Source: an uncultured Acidobacteriota bacterium
GTDB lineage: Bacteria > Acidobacteriota > Thermoanaerobaculia > Multivoradales > UBA5704
NCBI GenBank assembly: GCA_963770895.1
Contig: CAVYRF010000002.1
Location: 128,001-192,000 of the forward strand
DNA length: 64,000 nt
Direction of reading: 5' to 3'
Part shown: positions 8,535-18,173 of the stretch, one piece after another
Numbering within the stretch: the stretch's first letter is position 1
Layout: every line of letters begins with the position of its first letter
The notes under the pieces: generated by a model
What the model was told of the DNA's origin: nothing
Seen by the model: only the letters and a program-made list of their open reading frames with translations
The model's database searches: none
Position numbers and translations under genes: made by a program

Positions 8535-9575
8535 TCACGCGGTCAAGCGCGCGACCACCTGGTCCCAGGCGATCTCGCGCACCTTCTGCTGGCCGGCCGC
8601 ACCCAGGACGCGCCCCTCCGCGCGGTCGCGGAACAGGCGGTCCAGGCGCGCCGCCAGCTCGCGCGGCGCGTCGGCGGCGCAGACAAAACCGTTCACGCCA
8701 TCTTCGACGAACTCCAGCACGCCGCCGGCGTCGGCCGTGGTGACCACCGGCTTGCCGGCCTTGAACGCCTCGACGGTGACGTAGCCGTAGTCCTCGTCGT
8801 AGGGGGCGAAAAACACGCCGCAGGCGCCGGCGAACTGCTCGACCACCGCGGCGTCGTCCACCCAGCCCAGCAGCTGCACGCGCTCGGCGACCCCCAGGCG
8901 CGCCGCCAGCTCCAGCAGCGCCTCGCGTTCGGGGCCGGTGCCGGCGATGCGGCAGCACACCGCGGTCTCGGTGTGCCGCAGCGCCTTGATCAGCAGGTCG
9001 AAGCGCTTCATCCGGTCGAGCCTGCCGATCGAGAACACGTAGTCGCCGAACTCACCCGCACGGTAGGGCAGCCGCGGCGGCGGGTAGAGCACCTGCGCCT
9101 CGACCTGGTTGTGGCGTTGCAGGCGGTCGGCGACGTTGCGCGAGATGGCGAACACCGCGCGCGCCTCGGCGAGCGTGCGCCGGTCCATGTCGCGCACCAT
9201 CGCCATCACCCGCTGGTCGCGCGGCTCCTGCGGCGCGAAATCGCTGTGGCGGGTACCGTACAGGTCGTAGATCTGGCGCAGCTGGTGCACCAGCCAGACC
9301 ACCTTGTTGGGGTGTTTGACCAGGTAGGACGGGAAGCGCGTGGCGATGACGCGGTCGATCCGCCTGCCCTGCGACGCGCGCAGGTCGATCAGCCGCCACG
9401 CCAGGCACCCCTTGAGCAGCTCCACCCGCGTCGGCCATTCGAACGGCAGCGTCACCACGTCCACTTCATGGCCGCGCGCCCGCAGCTCGTCGCGCAGCGA
9501 GGCCACCAACATCTCGGCACCGCCGTGGGCAAACGGCACCTGGGCGCCGCAGATGCAGATGCGCTGGCCGCTCAA
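8535..9575 (-). CDS. GT4 family glycosyltransferase
   Basis: QVPFAHGGAE, GRLDRMKR and DEDYGYVTVEAF motifs. The TTG start at 9575 overlaps the upstream stop. Confidence 0.88.
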   Translation of the reverse strand: MSGQRICICGAQVPFAHGGAEMLVASLRDELRARGHEVDVVTLPFEWPTRVELLKGCLAWRLIDLRASQGRRIDRVIATRFPSYLVKHPNKVVWLVHQLRQIYDLYGTRHSDFAPQEPRDQRVMAMVRDMDRRTLAEARAVFAISRNVADRLQRHNQVEAQVLYPPPRLPYRAGEFGDYVFSIGRLDRMKRFDLLIKALRHTETAVCCRIAGTGPEREALLELAARLGVAERVQLLGWVDDAAVVEQFAGACGVFFAPYDEDYGYVTVEAFKAGKPVVTTADAGGVLEFVEDGVNGFVCAADAPRELAARLDRLFRDRAEGRVLGAAGQQKVREIAWDQVVARLTA

Positions 9576-10123
9576 CCCTGTCGCCCCTGGCCGGCCGGCG
9601 CCGCCGGCGGCGTGGTCGGATCGCCGCCGGCCGCAACCGGCGCCGCCACCGCCCCGCGCGCCGCCTCCAGCTGCGTCAGCCGCGCCGCCAGCAGCCGCGT
9701 CTCGCGCACCACCCGCTCCTCGGCTTCGGCAAGCTCCTGCAGCAGCCGCCCGGCAGCCTGGTTGAAGGCGTTCTGCTGCGCCAACACCGGCCGCATGAAC
9801 CACTTGAGGAAGAGGTGGAAGAACGCCTTGCGCACGAAGACGATCAGCGAGCCCCAGCGCGGCCGGTGCGAAAAGGCGACCGGCTCCTGGACGTATTCGC
9901 ACGACTTGACCGCCAGCAGCCCCTGCGCCAGCGCCGTCACCCCGCCGCCACCGCTCCCGCCGACAGCACCGTAATCGCCGACGCCCCCGATCGTCGCCAC
10001 CTCGGCCTGGCGCTGCCGCACGCCCGAACGCAGCTGCTGCAGCGTCTCCGCCACCCGCGGGTCGAGCTCGCCAGACTCCGCCCCGCCGCCAGCCTGGCCG
10101 CCATCCGCCGCCGCCGCGCTCAT
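9572..10123 (-). CDS. hypothetical coiled-coil protein of the glycosyltransferase cluster
   Basis: SHRPRWGSLIVFVRK...RPVLAQQNAFN segment, of a kind seen beside GT/methyltransferase genes; translationally coupled to the next gene. Confidence 0.7.
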   Translation of the reverse strand: MSAAAADGGQAGGGAESGELDPRVAETLQQLRSGVRQRQAEVATIGGVGDYGAVGGSGGGGVTALAQGLLAVKSCEYVQEPVAFSHRPRWGSLIVFVRKAFFHLFLKWFMRPVLAQQNAFNQAAGRLLQELAEAEERVVRETRLLAARLTQLEAARGAVAAPVAAGGDPTTPPAAPAGQGRQG

Positions 10124-10157
10124 CGCCGTCGTCGCCCTCGCCGCATGTCGCGTTGCA

Positions 10158-11912
10158 TCAGGGCGGCCCTTCGAAGCCCAGAAAGACGCCCAGGTTGCGG
10201 TCGTCCGAGCTCTTGGAGTCGCGGTGCGCCGGCACCACGCCGGCGCTCGACGTCAGCACGAACCGGTAGAAGTACTCATGCGGCGCGTCGGGGAAGAAAC
10301 CCAGGTCGCGCGCCGCCGGCGCCAGCGGCAGCTCGACCGGCGTTCCCTGGCGCTTGGCGTCGGAGTCGAAGCGCACGCGCACCGTGGCGCCGCCGCTGGT
10401 CAGCGTCAGCTCGTTGATGTCGGACAGCGAATAGGCGGTGAAGCGCAGGCTGGCGACCGGCTCGGGCGACACCACCACCACCTCGGAGCGCGAGGCCCCC
10501 CGCACCCACACCCCGCGCGGATGGTGCTCGTCGGCGTAGAAGTTCTGCTTCGGCACCACCCAGACGCCGCCCGGAAACGCCGCCAGCTGGTAGCCGGGGA
10601 TCTGGTGCAGCAGCGTCAGCTCCAGCGGCAGCGCCTGGAAGGCCCGCCCGCGCACGTGCGCCTGCAGGCTGGGCGCCGGCGCCAGCTGCATCAGCGGCAC
10701 CGCCACCGCCGCCGCCGTCCACAGCCCCGCGGCGACGAACGGCAGCAGCAGGCTGCGCCGCGCCGTGATGCGCCCGGGCAGGAACAGCAGCGCCGGATAG
10801 ATGCCGGCAAAATAGCGGTTGCCCAGAAACCCCATGCCGCCCTGGTAGTTGTTGGGCCGCATCACGAACAGCACCAGGCAGTAGGCGGCCAACGCCGCCA
10901 GCAGCAGGTTGCGCGAGCGGTCCTTGGGCCCCGCCAGGTAGAGGCCGACGGTGAAGAGAGCGAAGGGGAAATACGGCAGCAGCCCGGTGTGGCGGCCAAA
11001 CACGAAGTAGCCGGCGTCGTACAGCAGCATGCGCGGCGTCGTCTCGACCCCCAGCGCCGACCACGAACCGAAGCTGGTGCCGCGGTACAGGGCCCAGAAG
11101 TCCTTCGGGCTCTCGTACGGATACTCGCTGTTGAACGACCGCCGCTGCACGCCGCGGTAGGGGCTGAAGGTGCCGGTCAGGTGGCGCTGCGCGGCAAACA
11201 GCAGCGCCAGCGCCAGCAGCGCCGGCGCCGCCAGGGCGAGCAGCCCGCGCCACCGCCGCTGCCACGCCAGGTCCACCGCGATCGGCGCTCCCAAGAGCAC
11301 CGACGGCTCCTTCGAAGCGAAGGCGGCGACCAGCAGCAGGCCGGCGAACCCCATCAGCAGGTGCTCGCGGCGCCCCCACTCCTGCCGCCGCCGCGCCACC
11401 TGCCAGGCGAGCAGCGCAAAAAAGCCGCACGCCATGTCGAAGACTTCCGGCTGCAGCCAGAAGACGTAGCCGAACGCCGCCGAAGCGAAGAAGAAGCCGC
11501 CCAGGTAGAGGCCGACGTGGCCGCTCTGGTCGCGCCAGAACCACCACGCCGCCCACAGCATGGCCAGAAACAGCGCCATGTTGAAGATCACCATCCCCTG
11601 CACGCCGAACATCGCGTAAAACGGCACCGCCGCCAGCGGATAGATGAAGGGCTTGCCGTAGCGCAGGGTCTTGCCGCCGTCGCGCGTCGACAGGATGAGG
11701 CCGTTGGGGCCGTTGTCCCAGACCGCGTAGGCGCGGTCCAGGTCGCGCTTGTCGAAAGCCAGGTCGTGGTCGTGCCACAGACTTTGCGTCATCAGCACGT
11801 ACGCCGGCTCGTCGGCGATCGGACCGGGAGGGAAGTGGATCTTGTAGACCGTGCCGGCAAGCCCCAGCAGCAGCACAGACACACACACGGCGGAAAGGGT
11901 TCGCGAGGACAT
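10158..11912 (-). CDS. polytopic membrane protein, GT-C/PMT-like glycosyltransferase
   Basis: N-terminal TM followed by ADEPAY (DE motif), many TM helices, and a C-terminal soluble domain ending DDRNLGV. Start chosen at MSSRTL. Confidence 0.7.
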   Translation of the reverse strand: MSSRTLSAVCVSVLLLGLAGTVYKIHFPPGPIADEPAYVLMTQSLWHDHDLAFDKRDLDRAYAVWDNGPNGLILSTRDGGKTLRYGKPFIYPLAAVPFYAMFGVQGMVIFNMALFLAMLWAAWWFWRDQSGHVGLYLGGFFFASAAFGYVFWLQPEVFDMACGFFALLAWQVARRRQEWGRREHLLMGFAGLLLVAAFASKEPSVLLGAPIAVDLAWQRRWRGLLALAAPALLALALLFAAQRHLTGTFSPYRGVQRRSFNSEYPYESPKDFWALYRGTSFGSWSALGVETTPRMLLYDAGYFVFGRHTGLLPYFPFALFTVGLYLAGPKDRSRNLLLAALAAYCLVLFVMRPNNYQGGMGFLGNRYFAGIYPALLFLPGRITARRSLLLPFVAAGLWTAAAVAVPLMQLAPAPSLQAHVRGRAFQALPLELTLLHQIPGYQLAAFPGGVWVVPKQNFYADEHHPRGVWVRGASRSEVVVVSPEPVASLRFTAYSLSDINELTLTSGGATVRVRFDSDAKRQGTPVELPLAPAARDLGFFPDAPHEYFYRFVLTSSAGVVPAHRDSKSSDDRNLGVFLGFEGPP

Positions 11913-11958
11913 GGGGGCAAGGATCTTGAGGCCGTAAAGATACACTCTTCCCCCGACC

Positions 11959-13446
11959 ATGGCGATTTCGCACCCCTCCCCGCGCGGCACGCCGCACCCC
12001 CCCGGCCTGCCGCGCCGGCTGCTGCGCGCCGCCCGGCGCTGCGCCTCGCCGCGCCGGCTGGCCGCCACCGCCGCCTTCGGCGCCGCCCTGGTGCGCGACA
12101 TTCGCCGCCGGCGCCGCGATCCGCGCCTGACCGTCGCCGTCGACATCGATTCGCTCTACGAGACCTTGACCGGCGTCGGCTGGTACCTGTACCAGATCCT
12201 GGCCCACCTGGCCGACCGCGACGACGTCGCCCTCCGTCTCTACGGCCAGCGCCTGACGCCCGTCGCCGCGCGCGCCCCGGTCGTGCCGCTGCCGGCCGGC
12301 CCGGCGATCGAGCACGTCACCTACCAGGCCCCCGACGGGCTGGTGGTGCCGCCCTGGCGGGCGAACCAGCTGCTCGGCCGCGCCGCGCCGCTGCTCGTGG
12401 CGGCCGACCGCAACCGCGTGCTGTTCGGCCCCAACTACCTGCTGCCGCCGCTGTTCCGCTTCGCCGGCGGGGCGCGGGTGGTGACCGTGCACGACCTGGT
12501 GGTGCGGCGGCTGCCGGGAGCCGTGCGCCCCGACACCGCGCGGGCGCTGGCCGCCAACCTGGACCGGACGCTGTTCGACGCCGACCTGCTGCTCACCCCC
12601 AGCGACGCGGTGGCGCAGGAGCTGATCGCCGAAGGCGTCGCGCCCGCCCGCGTGCGCCCCATCCACCACGGCCCCGGCAACCTGACGCCGATGGCGCCCG
12701 CCGCGCCCGCGGCCGCGCCGGTGCTGGACCCCGACGCGACCACCAACCTGCAGTGGGATGCCGCCAAGCTCAACGCCATGGCTGCAGCCGGCGCGGCCGG
12801 CGCTTCCGGCGCGATCGGCGCCACCGGAGCGACTGACGCGACCGGCTCGGCGGCGCCGGCCGCCGAGCCGCCAACGCCGCCGTCACCGCCCCCCGGCACG
12901 CCGCCCAGCTACGGCCTCTTTGTCGGCACGCTCGAACCGCGCAAAAACCTGGGCACCCTGCTGGCCGCCTGGCGGCAGCTGCGCCAGCAGGGCGCGACGC
13001 CGCCGCTCGTCGTCTGCGGGCCGCAAGGGTGGCGGGCCGCCGCCCTGCGCCGCGAGCTGGCGCAGGCCCAAAGCGAGGGCTGGCTGTGGTACCCGGGCTA
13101 CGTCACGCCGCAGGAGCTTGCCGCGCTCTACCGCGGCGCGACGGTCGTGGCCCTGCCCTCGCTCTACGAAGGCTTCGGCCTGCCCGCCCTGGAGGCGATG
13201 GCAGCCGGCGCGCCGCTCGTGCTATCCGACCTGCCGGTCTTCCACGAGGTGGCGGACGACGCGGCGCTCTACGCGCCGGCGACGCGGACCGACCTCTGGC
13301 GCGAGCGGCTGCGCCAGGTGCTGGACGACGCCGACCTGCGCGCCGACCTGGCCCGGCGGGGGCGGCTGCGCGCCGCCCGTTTCGACTGGCGGCAGGCGGC
13401 CGCCGCAACCCGTGATGCGTGGCGTGACGCGGCCGCCCGTGACTGA
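11959..13446 (+). CDS. GT4 family glycosyltransferase (mannosyltransferase-like)
   Basis: TGVGWY, VTVHDL, GTLEPRKN and PSLYEGFGLPALEAM motifs. Confidence 0.9.
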   Translation: MAISHPSPRGTPHPPGLPRRLLRAARRCASPRRLAATAAFGAALVRDIRRRRRDPRLTVAVDIDSLYETLTGVGWYLYQILAHLADRDDVALRLYGQRLTPVAARAPVVPLPAGPAIEHVTYQAPDGLVVPPWRANQLLGRAAPLLVAADRNRVLFGPNYLLPPLFRFAGGARVVTVHDLVVRRLPGAVRPDTARALAANLDRTLFDADLLLTPSDAVAQELIAEGVAPARVRPIHHGPGNLTPMAPAAPAAAPVLDPDATTNLQWDAAKLNAMAAAGAAGASGAIGATGATDATGSAAPAAEPPTPPSPPPGTPPSYGLFVGTLEPRKNLGTLLAAWRQLRQQGATPPLVVCGPQGWRAAALRRELAQAQSEGWLWYPGYVTPQELAALYRGATVVALPSLYEGFGLPALEAMAAGAPLVLSDLPVFHEVADDAALYAPATRTDLWRERLRQVLDDADLRADLARRGRLRAARFDWRQAAAATRDAWRDAAARD

Positions 13447-15622
13447 GCCACAGGCCGGCGCGGAGACGCCGGCGGCCCCGGTCCCGAGCAGGCGGGAGGG
13501 CGCCAGGCCTGGCGCCGGTCGGGGCGCCGCGCCGGACGCCGTCGCCGCCGCCCTCCTCTACCTGGGCGCCACCGCCTGGTACCTGCGGCCGATCTGGCGG
13601 GTGTTCGCGACCGACATCGCGCCCGACCCCTACGATCCGGTGTTCGTCCTCTACCTGATGAAGTGGGGCGTCCGCCAGCTGCGCGCCGGCCTGCCCAACT
13701 TCTGGGACGCGCCGTTCTTCTTTCCCACCCCGCACGTCGTCGCCCTCTCCGATCACGTGTTCGGCGCCGGCGTGTTCGCCGCCGCGATGTCGGTGCTGAC
13801 GCCGAACCCGCTGGTCGCCTACAACACCCTGCTGCTGAGCTGCTTTGCCGCCAGCGGCCTGGCGGTGTGGTGGGTGCTGCGCCGCACCGGCGTCGCCTTC
13901 CTGCCCGCCCTTGCCGGCGGCCTCATCTACGCCTTTTCGCCCTTCCGCTGGTCGCAGCTGTCGCACCTGCAAGTGCTGCTGGCGGCGTTCATCCCGCTCG
14001 TCCTGTGGACCTGGTACCGCCTGCTCGCCGCGCCCACCTGGCGGCGCGCCGCCGCCTTCCTCGGCTGCTACCTGGTCCACCTGTCAGGCGGCCTCTACCT
14101 GGCCTACATGATCCACGTCGCCCTGGCCGCCCTGGCCGCCAACCGCCTGCTGTGGCCGCCGCGCCGCACGGCGGCGGCGCCCGGCGACAGCCCGGGCGAC
14201 GCCAGCGGCGGCGCTTCCACCCCCCCGGCGCTGCCGCTGTGGCGCCAGGCCTTGATCCTGGCGACGGTCGCCGTGGTCGCCGGCGGGGCCCTGGTCACCC
14301 TGTTCCGGCCCTACCGGCAGATCTCCCGCGTGATCGACATGGTGTGGTCCGCCGACGTGTTGCGCGTGTGGGGCACGACGGTCCTGTCGTTTCTCACCCC
14401 GTCGCCCACCAGCCGCTACTCCAGCTGGTGGCCGCTGGCGCTCTACCGCTCCGAAAATTCGCTGTTCGCCGGCTTCCTGCCCAGCGTGCTGGCGGCGGCC
14501 GGCCTGATCTGGACCTGGCGCCGGCTGCGGCCGCGGCACCGCCGCGCTCCTGGCGCTCCCACCCCAGGCGTCCCGCCGCCGCTCTGGGCGCGCGTCGCCC
14601 TGGCGGCGCTCCTGGGCGCCGGCATCGCCGGCTTTCTGCTGGGCGAGATCTACACCTGGGGGCGCGACGTGCCACAGCTCGCGGGGGTTGTGCCGGGGGA
14701 CGGCTACCCGTTGGCGTGGCGCCTGTGCGCTGCCGGCATCGCCGGCTGGCTGCTGCTCTATCGGCGGGTCCACGGTGCCTGGCCGATCATGCTGCGCCCC
14801 CTGGAGCCCTGGCAGCGCGGCCTGCTGCTGGCCGGCGCCGCCTGCACCGCGCTGTCGTTTCCCATGGTGTTCAACGCCGCGCGGGCGGTGCTGCCGGGCC
14901 TTGCCGCCATGCGGGTGCCTTCGCGCTTCTATGCTTTCATCTCGCTCGCCCTTGCCGATGTCGCCGCCCGCCAGCTCGAGCGCTGGCTGGACGCGGCGCG
15001 ATGTTGGCAGAGGGGGCGCATCAGGCGCATGGGACATGTGGGACGCCGGTGGCGCCTGCTGCCGGCGACACTCGGGGGGCTGGCGGTGGCGTTGCTGCTG
15101 ATCGAGCTGGCACCGCGGCCGGTTGCCTGGGAGGAGCTGCCGGCGGAGAAGGACTTCGACCCGGTCTATCACTGGCTGCGCGACCAACCGTCGGTCCAGG
15201 CCCTGCTGGAGCTGCCGCTCGCCGACACCGACCTGCGCATCCCGGAGCTGGTCAACGTCTCCTATCTGTACTACGGCACCCTGCACTGGAAACCGCTGGT
15301 CAACGGCTACAGCGCCCACTGGCCCGGCGACCACGCGCAGCTCAGCCTGGAGTGCTGCTCGCCGGTGCCCGACGGCGATTGGCTGGAGCGCCTGCGCAGC
15401 TGGGGCGTCACCCACCTGCTGGTCCACCGCGACGATCTCTCGCCCTGGGAGCAGCGTGCCCTGGACGCGTGGGAAACCACCGGCGTCGCACAACGCGTCT
15501 ACGCCGACGCCGGCGGCGACCGCGTCTATCGCCTGCTGCCGGCGCCAACGCCAACGACGCCGGCACCACAGGCCATCCGGCCGGCGCCCATCCGCCCCGC
15601 GCCGCGCGCGGCCGTCCGCTAA
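13439..15622 (+). CDS. polytopic membrane protein (YfhO/GT-C-like)
   Basis: GTG start overlaps the GT4 end. DPYDP, MRVPSRF and HWKPLVNGYS motifs; more than 10 hydrophobic segments. Confidence 0.72.
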   Translation: MTEPQAGAETPAAPVPSRREGARPGAGRGAAPDAVAAALLYLGATAWYLRPIWRVFATDIAPDPYDPVFVLYLMKWGVRQLRAGLPNFWDAPFFFPTPHVVALSDHVFGAGVFAAAMSVLTPNPLVAYNTLLLSCFAASGLAVWWVLRRTGVAFLPALAGGLIYAFSPFRWSQLSHLQVLLAAFIPLVLWTWYRLLAAPTWRRAAAFLGCYLVHLSGGLYLAYMIHVALAALAANRLLWPPRRTAAAPGDSPGDASGGASTPPALPLWRQALILATVAVVAGGALVTLFRPYRQISRVIDMVWSADVLRVWGTTVLSFLTPSPTSRYSSWWPLALYRSENSLFAGFLPSVLAAAGLIWTWRRLRPRHRRAPGAPTPGVPPPLWARVALAALLGAGIAGFLLGEIYTWGRDVPQLAGVVPGDGYPLAWRLCAAGIAGWLLLYRRVHGAWPIMLRPLEPWQRGLLLAGAACTALSFPMVFNAARAVLPGLAAMRVPSRFYAFISLALADVAARQLERWLDAARCWQRGRIRRMGHVGRRWRLLPATLGGLAVALLLIELAPRPVAWEELPAEKDFDPVYHWLRDQPSVQALLELPLADTDLRIPELVNVSYLYYGTLHWKPLVNGYSAHWPGDHAQLSLECCSPVPDGDWLERLRSWGVTHLLVHRDDLSPWEQRALDAWETTGVAQRVYADAGGDRVYRLLPAPTPTTPAPQAIRPAPIRPAPRAAVR

Positions 15623-15634
15623 GATGCCTGCCCT

Positions 15635-16787
15635 ATGGAGCGCCGGGTGGCCATCGATCTACGCGCGCTGGTGCCGCCGCCGACCGGGATCGGCGTCTAC
15701 ACCCGCTCGCTCGCGTTGGCCATGGCGCGGCGCGGCAGCGGTTTTCGCTACCTGGGGATGGCCCACCAGCCGCCGCGGGGCGCCGACGAGCTGGCCGCCG
15801 CCGGCATCGCGGTCGAACACCAGCCGGCGCCGCTCGGCGTCCTGTGGCAGCAGCTGGTCCTGCCGCGGCGGCTGCGGCGCGGCGACGTCGACCTGCTCTG
15901 GTCGCCGTTGATCACCATGCCCCTGGCCTGTCCGGTCCCCGCCGTGATCACCGTCCACGACCTGACGGTGCTGCTCATGCCCGAAGCCCATCGCGCCAAG
16001 GTGCGCATGAGCATCCTGCCGTTCTTGCGCCCGTCGCTGGCCGCGGCGCGCCGCCTGGTCACCATTTCGCGCGCCACCGCCGACGACCTGGCGGAGCACT
16101 TCCCCGCCACGACGGAAAAGACCGAGGTGGTCTACCCCGGCGTCGACGCCGAGTTCGTGCCCGCGCCCGCGGCAGACGTCGCCGCCACGCGCGCCCAGCT
16201 GGGAGCGCCCGATGGCTACCTGCTCTACGCCGGCACGCTCGAACCGCGCAAAAACCTCGGCGCCCTGCTCGACGCCTGGGAAGCGCTGGCGGCCGACGAC
16301 CCGCGCTTTCCGCCGCTGGTCCTGGCCGGCCCCTACGGTTGGGGCAGCCGCGCCCTGGTGCGGCGCATTGCGGCCATGGCGGCGCGGACCGCCGGCGGCG
16401 GCACCGCCGCGGCGGCCGCCCCCCGCCTGATCGCCCTCGGCCGTCTCGAACGCGCGCACCTGGTGCGCGTCGTCCAGGCGGCCAGCCTGTTCGTCTATCC
16501 TTCGCTCTACGAGGGGTTCGGTCTGCCCCCCGCCGAAGCGATCGCCTGCGGCGTGCCGGCCGTGGCGCTCGCCACCTCCAGCCTGCCCGAGGTGGTGGGC
16601 GACGCCGGCGTGCTGGTCGAACCGGGCGACACGGCGGCGCTCGCCGCGGCACTGGCGCGCCTGGTGGCCGATCCCGTCCATGCCGCCGACCTGGCCGCCC
16701 GCGCCCTGGCGCGCCGCGACCGCTTCCGCTGGGAGCCCACGGCGGCGGCGATGGAAGACATTCTGGAGCGCCGCGGCCGACTCCTGA
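15635..16787 (+). CDS. GT4 family glycosyltransferase whose stop codon is lost by an apparent 1-bp frameshift near its end
   Basis: TGIGVY, TVHDL, GTLEPRKN and YEGFGLPPAEA motifs. The domain ends near 16770 and an out-of-frame TGA lies at 16785-16787. Confidence 0.8.
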
Positions 16788-16838
16788 ACCGGGTCGATTT
16801 CCGCTCCCGGCGCAACTACAATCAACGTCATCGCTTCC

Positions 16839-18173
16839 GTGACCGTAAAAACCTACAAAGTCGGCCTCGACGCCCGCAAGCTGCAAGACTTCGGGATCGG
16901 CACCTACATCCGGAACCTGGTGCGATCGCTCGCCGCGGCCACCACGCCGGCGGCAGGTGCGCAGGCGCCGCAGGAGCCGGCCGCGCCCATCCCGAGCGCG
17001 GCGGCGGCAGAGGCCGTAACGACCGCGCCCGCCGCCGCCCCGCGAAAAACCGATGCCGCCCGCCCCAACATGCCGCTGCGCTTCGTCCTGCTGGTGCGGC
17101 CCGAAGATCGCGAGCAGCTGGCGGACCTGCCCGCCAACTTCGAGCTGGTGGTCGAGAGCGCGCCGGTCTACTCGCTGCACGAGCAGGCGACGCTGTCGTG
17201 GAAGCTGTGGCGCCAGCGCCTGGACCTGTATCACGCCACGCACTACGTGCTGCCGGCGGTGCTCTCGTCGCGCGTCGTGGTCACCATCCACGACATCATC
17301 CACCTGCTCTATCCCGAGTTCCTCCCCAGCCGCCTCGCCTTCCTGTATGCGCGCGGCATGATCAATCGCAGCCTGACGCGCGGCGACCGCGTGATCGCGG
17401 TGTCGCAGAACACCCGCGCCGACCTGATGGAGCACTTCGCCGTCGACGGCGCCAAGATCGAGGTGATCTACAACGGCGTCGAAGACATCTTCCGGCAGCG
17501 CCTGCCCGAAGACGAGATCGCGCGCTGGCTGGGCCACCTGGGGATCACCCGCCCCTACCTGCTGTTCGTCGGCAATCCCAAGCCGCACAAGAACCTCGAC
17601 ACCGTGGTGCAGGCCTACGCCCGCGCCCGCAGCCAGGGCGGCTTCGACGCGCCGCTGATCTGCGTCGGCAACCGGTCCGGTTCGGAATTCAAGATCCGCC
17701 AGCGCGCCGAGCACCTGGGCATCGGCCAGCACGTGCGCCTGCTCGGCCACGTCGCGCAGGAGGCGCTGCCGGCGATCTATCAGGGCGCCACGCTGTTTCT
17801 CTACCCGACGCTCTACGAAGGCTTCGGCCTGCCGGTCATCGAGGCGATGGCCTCCGGCGTCGCGGTGATCACCTCCAACACTTCGGCGCTGCGCGAGATC
17901 GCGCAGAGCTACGCCTACCTGGTCGATCCGCTCGACATCCCGGCGATGGCCAAGGCGATCGCCCAGTGCATGTCCGACCCCGAGCATCGCGCCGCGCTGG
18001 CGCGCCTGGGTCACCGCCGCAGCGAAGATTTTCGCTGGGACGCCACAGCCCGCCAGACCCTCGCCGTCTATCGCTCCGTCCTCGGCGGCGGCGCCGGCAC
18101 CGCAAGCGCCGCTGCCGGCACGGCGACTTCGTCCGCACCACCCGTGCCACCAGCGAGCGGGAGAGCGAGTTGA
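16839..18173 (+). CDS. GT4 family glycosyltransferase
   Basis: DFGIGTY, TIHDIIH, GNPKPHKN and YEGFGLPVIEAM motifs. Confidence 0.92.
   Translation: MTVKTYKVGLDARKLQDFGIGTYIRNLVRSLAAATTPAAGAQAPQEPAAPIPSAAAAEAVTTAPAAAPRKTDAARPNMPLRFVLLVRPEDREQLADLPANFELVVESAPVYSLHEQATLSWKLWRQRLDLYHATHYVLPAVLSSRVVVTIHDIIHLLYPEFLPSRLAFLYARGMINRSLTRGDRVIAVSQNTRADLMEHFAVDGAKIEVIYNGVEDIFRQRLPEDEIARWLGHLGITRPYLLFVGNPKPHKNLDTVVQAYARARSQGGFDAPLICVGNRSGSEFKIRQRAEHLGIGQHVRLLGHVAQEALPAIYQGATLFLYPTLYEGFGLPVIEAMASGVAVITSNTSALREIAQSYAYLVDPLDIPAMAKAIAQCMSDPEHRAALARLGHRRSEDFRWDATARQTLAVYRSVLGGGAGTASAAAGTATSSAPPVPPASGRAS

Noticed and set aside
5502-9974. Very long antisense ORFs (for example 5502-9974 +, 39611-44131 +, 10224-12836 +)
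   Set aside because: They are Arg/Pro/Ala-rich shadow frames opposite real genes, as expected at this GC content.
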